From Guillardia theta CCMP2712 (taxonomy: Eukaryota; Protista; Cryptophyta): DNA of 64,000 bases. The DNA lies in assembly GCF_000315625.1 (NCBI RefSeq), contig NW_005434658.1, positions 463,139-527,138 of the forward strand. The letters are read 5' to 3'. Shown piece after piece: positions 12,846-21,664 of this stretch. The first letter of the stretch is position 1, and every line of letters starts with the position of its first letter. The position numbers were made by a program, and so were the translations under genes. The notes under the pieces are model-generated. The model saw nothing but the letters and a program-made list of their open reading frames with translations. It did not search any database and was not told where the DNA came from.

Positions 12846-13218
12846 GGGCAGGAGGTTGCGTCAGACAGGCGTTTGCTTCAAGGGAGAAGAGGGAGGGTTC
12901 GGAGCTGTCAGAGCACGCGGAGGTGTGGTTCTAGGACTGAAGGTAGGTAAGGGGGAGGCTGATGAATGCTGTTGAGGTCAGAGAGAGTAGTTCTTTCCTT
13001 ATCATGCTCGTGCTGCCTTCCCCTGCATGCACCCACAAACCAGCGAGAAAATGAAAATGCTACCCCTACCCCGTTTCTCAGGACAAGTACATGAGGGTGG
13101 TGGTACCACCATCAAACTCCCGCTCCAAACAGGGGGTACTTGCACCTTTTTCCGCTGGTTTGTGGGTGCCAATCCCTTCCATAAGGGAAAACAAGGATGA
13201 ACAGATCAACACCTGCCC

Positions 13219-14265
13219 ATGTCCGCGTCTGGCTCCTCCGTCCAGGAGCTCGTATCCTCCGTCTTCGACACCCTCAGACTCTACTCCGTCCCCAGTGGCT
13301 TCCATCAGCTGGCCTTCGTCCCCATCGGATCCGAGGTCGTCTTCTATGCCAGGCTGGTGTCCGAGGCCTTCCGCCTTGGATTCGTCATACAGCTCCTCGA
13401 CATTGACGACCAAGATCCTGCAGTACCCAAGGAGTGTCTCCTCAACCTCTCCTCGTCCTACAGCCCACTCATCGTCCGCATGTCTATCGCCCTCCGCGCA
13501 TGCCAGTTCTGCTCTCCCTCCGGGAGCTATCAGCTGCTCGTCCCCCAGGTCTACCAGGCCTACCTGTCCCGGTCCTCCGATGACGGCCTCGAGCTGAGGC
13601 TTGCCCTCGAGAAGTGCTTCCGGCTCTGCTTTGATGTCGAGCAGGACTGCCCCTCTCCCCGCTACACCGCGCGCAGCTCCCTCTATGCCGAGTGCGTTGC
13701 TCGGGACGTGAGCTGCTTCTCCCCCCAGTCGTGGGACGCCTCCGTGAGTCTGTCGGTCTGCTTCACTCAGGTGGCAGAGGACGACTGCTCCTTGATGCTG
13801 CGCGAGGTCAGCGATGCCGTCATGTCCATCGCCCTGGTCCGCATCGAGGACCGGCGCTACCTGACGTCTCTCAGCCTCCTCCTCCTGCTCCTCAAGGCGT
13901 ACGTGGACCAGCGGCACCTCCTGGACGCGGCTCCGGTCATGCGCGTGGGCGGCTACTGCCTAGAGCACCACCCGGGCCTGCTTGATATCGCGTGCGAGGC
14001 CCTCGCCTTTGACGACTTCCGCAAGGTCATGCACCTCGCGCTCGACATCTTGCCGCAAGCAGACGTCAGCAGCAGCCAGCGCCCGGAGGCCCAGCGTCTC
14101 CTCTTCGAGATCCTGGAGCAGATGCTTGACCACCCGCTGGTGCTGGGCCTACAAGACAGCAGCCCACAGAGCATGTGGCTCCTGGACAAGCTTGGAGCGT
14201 CGAGGGACACGAGCGCGAGCCCGGCCGAGACTGTGTTGGAGTCGATCGCACTACTCGGCGTGTGA
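13219..14265 (+). CDS. Hypothetical 348-aa protein, copy A2 (apparently intronless)
   Basis: Differs from A1 at 5 residues (P/S, R/Q, Y/H, F/D, R/H). A possible GTGAGC donor overlaps the stop, so a short extra exon cannot be excluded. Confidence 0.7.
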   Translation: MSASGSSVQELVSSVFDTLRLYSVPSGFHQLAFVPIGSEVVFYARLVSEAFRLGFVIQLLDIDDQDPAVPKECLLNLSSSYSPLIVRMSIALRACQFCSPSGSYQLLVPQVYQAYLSRSSDDGLELRLALEKCFRLCFDVEQDCPSPRYTARSSLYAECVARDVSCFSPQSWDASVSLSVCFTQVAEDDCSLMLREVSDAVMSIALVRIEDRRYLTSLSLLLLLLKAYVDQRHLLDAAPVMRVGGYCLEHHPGLLDIACEALAFDDFRKVMHLALDILPQADVSSSQRPEAQRLLFEILEQMLDHPLVLGLQDSSPQSMWLLDKLGASRDTSASPAETVLESIALLGV

Positions 14266-14692
14266 GCAGACTTCGGAAGGCAAGATCAGGCGGGGCTAAA
14301 GAGAGATCAGGGTTTGCAAAGATTGTGAGATGCGGGGTGTAACCCCGCCGTTTCTGTGAAGTACTTGATCAGCAAACCGACAATCACAATTCTCGCTCAA
14401 AAGACAGCCGGACAGGGGACACGAGACAGCAAGGTGATGCTTGAAGTGAAACACAACATGTCCGAGCCCTGAATACAACATACACGTTTTGAATCTCAAA
14501 AATTCTTTGCGACATCTTCCCGCCTACACGTGCTTTGAGGACAGAGTGATGGCAACGACGGTATATCAACATGAGTGTTCTGTAGCATCAATCAGCATCG
14601 TCTCGTGTTTATATCATATCTATCTGTTATCTAAGATGTTAAAATTCCCTCTAACAAGGCCTCCCTTTCCTGCTCTTCCCCTCTTCCCTCCT

Positions 14693-15712
14693 CTAGTAGA
14701 AACCCTCGATCCACCATCCCCCCATCCCCTCCTCCGTCTGCTCTAGTAGCACCGATACGAAGCCCTCCTCCTCTCCCGGCGAGCTCCCGCTGCTCATCTC
14801 TGTGCCGTCGCTGCCGCTCTCCCTTTCGCTGGCCTCCAGTAGCTCCTCCAGCACCCTCGGCTCTTGCGACGGCCAGCCCCCGGCCCCCTTGCACGACTCG
14901 TTCTCACCTCCGACTCCCGTGCCTGCCCCCGCTGTCGTCCAGAGCTCGTCGCCCTCGGTCAGGCACGCGCTCAGCATCGCCTTCCATCCCTCAGCCTCTG
15001 ACGACGCGGCTACAGCGGCTTGCTCCCACGCCGCCTCGTCGTCCTTCTTCGCGTCCTTGCGATCGTAGCACGACAGCCCGGCCTTGAGGCATCGGGCGCA
15101 TGGCCGAGCCTCGTCGCAGCCGATCTTGGACCGCCGGCAGTAGGCGCATGCTTTGTCGACGTGCTTGCGCTTGTGCGGTCGCAGCATCCTGTAGATGTCC
15201 GACCGACGCGCGTACCCAAGGTCCTGTCCCCACGGAGCAGCCGCTGCCGCGAAGTGCTCGAGGCACTCCGTGCACGCCATCACGACGTTGGAGCTGCACC
15301 TCGAGCAGGGCTTGTCCATGCTGCACTTGACCTTCTTCTGTCTGCATCCCTCGCACGACTTGCGCTTCGGGGGCAGCGACAGATGCTGCGTCTTGGGGGC
15401 GACGACGGGGAGGTAGCCCAGGGGGCTGCGGCTGGCGAGGGCGAAGGCTTCCGACTGTCCGCTGAAAGCCACGCAGCTCTGGTCCCATCCCCGGCGCTGG
15501 CACCGCGAGCAAGGACGAGCATCGTCGCACTTGACCTTGTTTGTCTTGCAGTGGATGCAGGCAGCGGAGGTCCTACGAGCACGGCGAGGCTTGTTTGCGG
15601 GGAGAGGAGAGGAGGGGGTAGAGGGAGAGGAGAGAGGGAGAGGGGAGAGGTCAAAGCTCGAGACGGGGAGGAGAGAGCTTGAGACGGGGAGGAGTGCATC
15701 AGGGCAGAGCAT
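14693..15712 (-). CDS. Zn(II)2Cys6 transcription factor with three clusters, copy B1
   Basis: Three CxxCx6Cx5CxxCx6-8C motifs (CIHCKTNKVKC, CEGCRQKKVKC, CAYCRRSKIGC) and an acidic/aromatic C-terminus. Confidence 0.9.
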   Translation of the reverse strand: MLCPDALLPVSSSLLPVSSFDLSPLPLSSPSTPSSPLPANKPRRARRTSAACIHCKTNKVKCDDARPCSRCQRRGWDQSCVAFSGQSEAFALASRSPLGYLPVVAPKTQHLSLPPKRKSCEGCRQKKVKCSMDKPCSRCSSNVVMACTECLEHFAAAAAPWGQDLGYARRSDIYRMLRPHKRKHVDKACAYCRRSKIGCDEARPCARCLKAGLSCYDRKDAKKDDEAAWEQAAVAASSEAEGWKAMLSACLTEGDELWTTAGAGTGVGGENESCKGAGGWPSQEPRVLEELLEASERESGSDGTEMSSGSSPGEEEGFVSVLLEQTEEGMGGWWIEGFY

Positions 15713-16121
15713 GATGTCGTTCTGTCCGGGAAGCTGAGCGCGCTATGTGCTGTTAGGTTGTAGAGGATTTGTCACCTGAGCAGGTCGCAACGACGGACTT
15801 GTTGTAGCGGAGGAGCCCAGTTTACTACACGCTTGTTTTCGGCATCCTCCGTGCATGACACCGTAAAATGATTTTTAGCTAAAAGTAAAGAGAAAGAAAA
15901 CCGTTGTAAAAACTGCACCTTAGTACCTCCCCTCGTGCTATAACGTTTTTAAGCAGCCGCTGCCTAACTGGTTGGAGATTTTACAGTAAAAATACCTCGT
16001 GATCACATCGGAATCCTCCGAAGACATGAGGACATCTTCCGGCTGACCGGAAAAGATTCTCGTACCCGGCAGAAGATATTGAGAAAATAGACCTGGTCCC
16101 TCCTGGTCAGTCCTCGCCGTC

Positions 16122-17123
16122 ATGCTTTACCCTGATGCTCTCCTTCCCGTCTCGAGCTTTGACCTCTCCCCTCTCCCTCTCTCCTCTCCCTCTACCCCCT
16201 CCTCTCCTCTCCCCGCAAATAAGCCTCGCCGTGCTCGTAGGACCTCCGCTGCCTGCATCCACTGCAAGACAAACAAGGTCAAGTGCGACGATGCTCGTCC
16301 TTGCTCGCGGTGCCAGCGCCGGGGATGGGACCAGAGCTGCGTGGCTTTCAGCGGACAGTCGGAAGCCTTCGCCCTCGCCAGCCGCAGCCCCCTGGGCTAC
16401 CTCCCCGTCGTCGCCCCCAAGACGCAGCATCTGTCGCTGCCCCCGAAGCGCAAGTCGTGCGAGGGATGCAGACAGAAGAAGGTCAAGTGCAGCATGGACA
16501 AGCCCTGCTCGAGGTGCAGCTCCAACGTCGTGATGGCGTGCACGGAGTGCCTCGAGCACTTCGCGGCAGCGGCTGCTCCGTGGGGACAGGACCTTGGGTA
16601 CGCGCGTCGGTCGGACATCTACAGGATGCTGCGACCGCACAAGCGCAAGCACGTCGACAAAGCATGCGCCTACTGCCGGCGGTCCAAGATCGGCTGCGAC
16701 GAGGCTCGGCCATGCGCCCGATGTCTCAAGGCCGGGCTGTCGTGCTACGATCGCAAGGACGCGAAGAAGGACGACGAGGCGGCGTGGGAGCAAGCCGCTG
16801 TAGCCGCGTCGTCAGAGGCTGAGGGATGGAAGGCGATGCTGAGCGCGTGCCTGACCGAGGGCGACGAGCTCTGGACGACAGCGGGGGCAGGCACGGGAGT
16901 CGGAGGTGAGAACGAGTCGTGCAAGGGGGCCGGGGGCTGGCCGTCGCAAGAGCCGAGGGTGCTGGAGGAGCTACTGGAGGCCAGCGAAAGCGAGAGCGGC
17001 AGCGACGGCGCAGAGATGAGCAGCGGGAGCTTGGGAGAGGAGGAGGGCTTTATATCGGTGCTACTAGAGCAGACGGAGGAGGGGATGGGGGGATGGTCAC
17101 AGTGGATCGAGGGGTTTAGTTAG
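16122..17123 (+). CDS. Zn(II)2Cys6 transcription factor with three clusters, copy B2
   Basis: Same as B1 apart from a 7-aa N-terminal indel and C-terminal differences. Confidence 0.9.
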   Translation: MLYPDALLPVSSFDLSPLPLSSPSTPSSPLPANKPRRARRTSAACIHCKTNKVKCDDARPCSRCQRRGWDQSCVAFSGQSEAFALASRSPLGYLPVVAPKTQHLSLPPKRKSCEGCRQKKVKCSMDKPCSRCSSNVVMACTECLEHFAAAAAPWGQDLGYARRSDIYRMLRPHKRKHVDKACAYCRRSKIGCDEARPCARCLKAGLSCYDRKDAKKDDEAAWEQAAVAASSEAEGWKAMLSACLTEGDELWTTAGAGTGVGGENESCKGAGGWPSQEPRVLEELLEASESESGSDGAEMSSGSLGEEEGFISVLLEQTEEGMGGWSQWIEGFS

Positions 17124-17124
17124 A

Positions 17125-18000
17125 GGCGGCAGCGGCGCACTGCCGCCGGCCTGGAGCCTCGGAGAGGTTCCATCAGGGTGCCGTACCGAGTCGTACGCTG
17201 GGTACGGCGGTATCAGCCCCCGCACAGTATATGCCGCATCATAGTTCGGTACCGGGGTGACCGCCGGTACCATAATCTGATCAGATCATTTTAACAGACC
17301 CTATCAGTCTGAATAAACTACTTTAAGTCTCATTCCTTCGGCGGCTGCCACAGCCGCTGAGCGACTCATCGCTGGCATGGCCGGGGCGCGGGGCCGCATG
17401 ATGGTCCTGCGCGCAGTTACTATCAAGTGAAGGCCCGCGGTACGCCCTGACGAGTCAGTTGAGCCTGGGGGACCGTCAGCAGCCAGTGGCAGGATTGGGT
17501 TTGGTTCTCGCTGTCTTTTCTCTTCTCGCCATTTGGCCTTTGCGACAGCCTGTGTCAGGATCAAGCCTCCTCGACTCTCAGCGAGACTGATTGTCCTCGT
17601 ACCGGAGTCCGGCGGGCGAGTCATAGTGCCACGGTGCGACCGCCCGGCCGCCGTCAGCCGTTTCAATGATGCAGTTTTTGACTCTCTGAGTCAGTAATTC
17701 CCCTTACTCAAACGGTTAAGTTAAAAATCAGTACGAGGACAATCAGGAGAGTCGAGGAGGCTACTGAGTCCGATCAGTAATATTCTGGCGTGACTTTTAC
17801 CGTACTTTGCCCGGCCCACTCAGGGCCCGGACTTGAACTGCCGCCAGTCTGAGCCCCCCCGCCAGGCCCTCCGAGTCACGCTGCTCAGTGCGGCCGCGGC
17901 CGGCTCCGAGGCTCCGGGCCGGGGGCCAGGCTCCCGGAGCCGGGCTCCGAGCTCCCTGGAGTCCGAGCTCAGCGGCCCGGCCGGGCGCCCCCCTGGGGAT
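17125..18000. other. GC-rich intergenic island
   Basis: Many short palindromes and hairpins, with GAGTCA/TGACTC, GTACCG and CCGG words. Confidence 0.55.
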
Positions 18001-18031
18001 TGACGGTTACGTCTTAGAGCTCACTGAAAAT

Positions 18032-20588
18032 ATGGAAGGAGGAAAGACGCGGATCCGATCAGGGCCGTGAGGGATGTTGACAGTGGTAAGTGAAGGCTCA
18101 AAGCACAGGACTCGCTGATAAGGACCTCTACAACCTCACATGCACGAGTTCACCGCAGCCTCGGTCAGAAAGAGGCTCGAGGACGGAGCACAGCGAGCGA
18201 GGTCCAGGTCAGCTCTAGCATCAGATCGTCATATGGAGGACATGCTTGCGATCGTGCTGAGTGTTTGTCCTGCAGAGAGAGGGAGTCAAAGCCGATCGGG
18301 ATGCGGGGATCTCCTGCAGCAGCGCCCAAGGCATCACCAGCAGCGAAAGCTGCTTCTTCCGCGACCAAGGATAGAAGCAGAAGGGCGTCAAAGTCACCCG
18401 GTCGCGCAAGGAAACTTGCCGTGAGTCGGCGCTAGACGAATAAGCTTCAATCAAACTTGTTGCGCAGGAGCTGATCGAGGAGAACAAGAGACTGTCGGGG
18501 TTGGTACAGGCTGATGAGACGCGCTCCCACGAGTATAAGACCTTATTTGAATCCTACCTGGAGAAAGAGCAGGATATTTTGAGCCGGTAAGTTGGAATCC
18601 TTTGCCGTGATCACGCGTGAAACATGGTTGGACTCAGTTTCCTCGAAGAATCTGTGAGAATGAAACGAGACGAGAATGCGAATGAAGAGGAGCAATCTTT
18701 GATCAAGATAGCATTTGAGCATAGGATTGCACAACTCCTCACGCAAATTACCGAGAAAGACACATCTATTCGACAATCAAAACTTGAGCTAGCGCAATTC
18801 AAAGAAATGACTCTGAACTGCATGGACGAACAGCATCAGGAGTGGACCGCTTTGCTCGAGCAGAATCATTCTAGACAGGAGAGTCTGAGCAAGCAATGCA
18901 GGTCCTTACCTTGCATGATGATAAACAGTTGTAGTGATCGTACAACAGGATGTTGGAAGAGCAGCTCAGAACTTTTCATCGCGAAAGGGAAGAATTAATT
19001 GCAGCAAATCAGAAACGTGTCCAGAAGCTCGAGGTTGATCGTGCTCTTGCCTGTAGATTTACATTTTGAAATCCTTATACCATGTAGGAAGAGAAAGCTG
19101 TATTAGAAGACAAGGTGCTACCAGTCTCTGATTCAGTTTGAAATTGAATCTTCTCCAGGTCAGAACATTGACAGCGAAGGTAAATGTAAAGGAGGGCAAC
19201 GTGGTCCGGCAGCAAGACACACGAGAGCTCTCATTGAGCCTAGACAATGAGCTTGAGCTTGCTACAGAGGCTCTTCGGATCGCTCAGGTGGTACTTGGCC
19301 GTGCATTGCTGATGCGTAACTGGACTTCGTTGAAAGGAGATCAACAATGATGCGCGTCATCCTGATTCGGACGATCGCGTTCGGGCTAGTCGAGGGAGGG
19401 AGAATGGCTATCCGATTCATCATCAGACAAACTATGGTGAATGCAAGAACTGTAAGGTCCTCCAGACCTTGCTGGAAGATGCCAGGGCTCAGTGTGAGGT
19501 CGTTGGCAAGCCAGTGACTCCCTTCTATCTCAATCAAGTTTCAGTTGTTGGGAGCTCAGAACAAACGGACGGGTGACAAGCTTGCAGACTGCGAAACAAG
19601 GTGAAGGCAAATCTGTCGTCCTTCGACGTCCTTGATGTTTCTGGTTAGGTGTGAAGAGCTCAAATCGCTTCATGACGATTCTTGTTGGGAGGTAAAATAG
19701 TGAATTTTGATTTGGACTGATCTGTCATATTTTCTTGGAGGATGACCTTATTTTCCTATACCACTTTATTCACTGTTCTGATCAGGCTACAAGGCTGCAA
19801 AAAGCGTATCAAGAGCTTGAGGAGAGAAAGTACTGGGAGCAATACGTGTTTATTCTCGTGATGTTGTTACAGCGAAGAACTGATCAGGGAGAACGAGATG
19901 AACAAGATGGAATTGAAGGCGGCTCGCAGATCCGTTAAGAACCTAGTTCAGAGTGGTAAGGTTTGCCCTTCTGTCTCACGTGTCTGATTTGTTTTCTGGC
20001 ATTTCATAACTACAGAGGCAGAGGAGGTCAGTCTTGTTCGCACTTGGGGGATTCGCATTTACGATGTTGCTCTCACCAGGTGTGCAGAAGAAGATTGGAA
20101 CTAGAGAGCTTGGAGAAACATTTGAAGACAGGCGAATTATGTCAAATGTGCCCTCAGACGGGTTCTTACTGGGCTGTTCAGATGCCGAAGCCACAGTCGC
20201 CCTGCTGGAAGAATCTTTGAAGCACTCACACATAGAGCTTGAAAGTCTCCGGAAACAGCTCAACGAAGCTTCAGAGCAGATCACAAAGCTTGAGGCAGAG
20301 GTGAGTGCACCATGTGTGGTGATGATGACAGCAGCTCAGACAATGACAGCTCGAGCGCCAGAGAAATGTAAAGGACGACTCCGAAGATTGGAAGGTCAGG
20401 GCAGAGAGAGCTTCCAGGATCAACCAGCTTCTACTCCCTAAACTTGCAACCCTCCTCTCTGGTAGGACCATGCTTCCCTCCCCCATACTTTGTTCTCCAC
20501 TGAACTACCTATAGACCGTGTTGACACCAAGGAAACCTCCTCTGAGGGTGGTTCGGCCTTCGACCTCCTCCTTGAGCTTCAGGGTTGA
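18032..20588 (+). CDS. Hypothetical coiled-coil protein (multi-exon)
   Basis: E/K/L/Q-rich heptad exons (e.g. 'HRIAQLLTQITEKDTSIRQSKLELAQFKE', 'IELESLRKQLNEASEQITKLEAE') separated by about 50-nt GT-AG introns. Confidence 0.65.
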
Positions 20589-21664
20589 CATCCCAGCTCT
20601 CCTTCCCTCCCTCATACTCACTCCCTGCTCGTCCTCGTCCTCGTCCTCGTCCTAGTTCTCCTTAGTTCATCTCCTTCCATTCTCAAGTTTTTTAAAGCCG
20701 TGGAAGGTGTTCCTGGTCAACCTCCGATGTAACTCATTTGAAACTTTTATCGAAATTTTAAAAGAGGTTTTCAACTATTGGCCAATTTTCTTTGAAAGTG
20801 CTGTACACCCGACCAGATCCCCTCTTGCGTCCTATGTAGAGGTGGGTGGTCTAGTGTTGAGGTGACAAAGACGGCTTGGAAGCGCATCCGTATGGGTGGG
20901 GTATAATTATCACCGGTCATGGGCCAATTTGTAGGGTAGGTATATGGAGACCCGTAGGTTTAAGTCGAAATATCAGATGAGATAACCCTAAGTTTTACTG
21001 TGATGTAACCCATACATAATGATATGGGGGGTGAGGGTAGTGATGGGCGATGTCCACAGTGAATTGGGTGGGTAGGGGGTTTGGAGGGACGAGGATGGCC
21101 TGGCTGGAGGTATGGAAATTGCAAGCGCGCAGCTTGGTTGAGAAGCATGCGGTGATGCAGAAGAAGATGGTGAAGGAGTGGAGGAACAGGAGGGAGGAGC
21201 AGTTTGATCTCAAGCTCTCTACTGATGTATACTTGTGATATTCTCCAAGACTTCATGGCTACCACAAATTTGCTGATGTGTAAAGCGCCCTTGCAAAGTA
21301 TGCTGCATTTTGTCGCTGTCGGCGTTGCATGGAATGCTTTGCTTTGATTACGGCCTGAATGTAAATTTTCTTGACGATCAGTGCGTGATATTCTTTGTGT
21401 TGCTGTCTGTAATGCCGCATGATTGAGATGATGCCACTTACAAGGACGGTTCAATATATTTTCTCACTTTTTCTCCATCTGAATGTTCTTCGTGCACACC
21501 AGGTTGTCTTCTAGATCTCAGTTGGGTATGGAGGATATTGTTCTTGTGGAATTCGAGCGGGACTGGATGCTGACGCAAGCCTCTTGTGCCATGGAACCAG
21601 CTGTAAGGACGCTCCTGTGAGTTCAGGGAAGGGTGAACATACCTCGCTTTATCCTCCCGGGACC

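Larger units (their letters stand above)
11793..14271. repeat. Inverted repeat (palindrome A): 1060-bp arms 11793-12852 and 13212-14271, 359-bp spacer
   Basis: The arms are reverse complements with about 7 substitutions seen. Confidence 0.97.
14693..17123. repeat. Inverted repeat (palindrome B): about 1-kb arms, 409-bp spacer
   Basis: Cores nearly identical; substitutions and indels are concentrated at both tips. Confidence 0.97.

Noticed and set aside
13078-16822. Antisense and alternate-frame ORFs over the A and B genes (e.g. 279, 220, 228, 179 aa)
   Set aside because: Shadow ORFs caused by high GC and codon bias.
11793-17123. Palindromes as assembly artefact or collapsed haplotypes
   Set aside because: The arms differ by substitutions and frame-preserving indels, and the spacers and flanks are unique. 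Spacer A shows old, decayed symmetry. Long reads are still needed for proof.
11793-17123. Transposon with long terminal inverted repeats
   Set aside because: No transposase, integrase or recombinase motifs and no target-site duplication were seen; the repeats coincide with coding sequences.
21050-21238. 62-aa ORF
   Set aside because: No recognisable motif; it starts inside a GGGT-rich intergenic tract.
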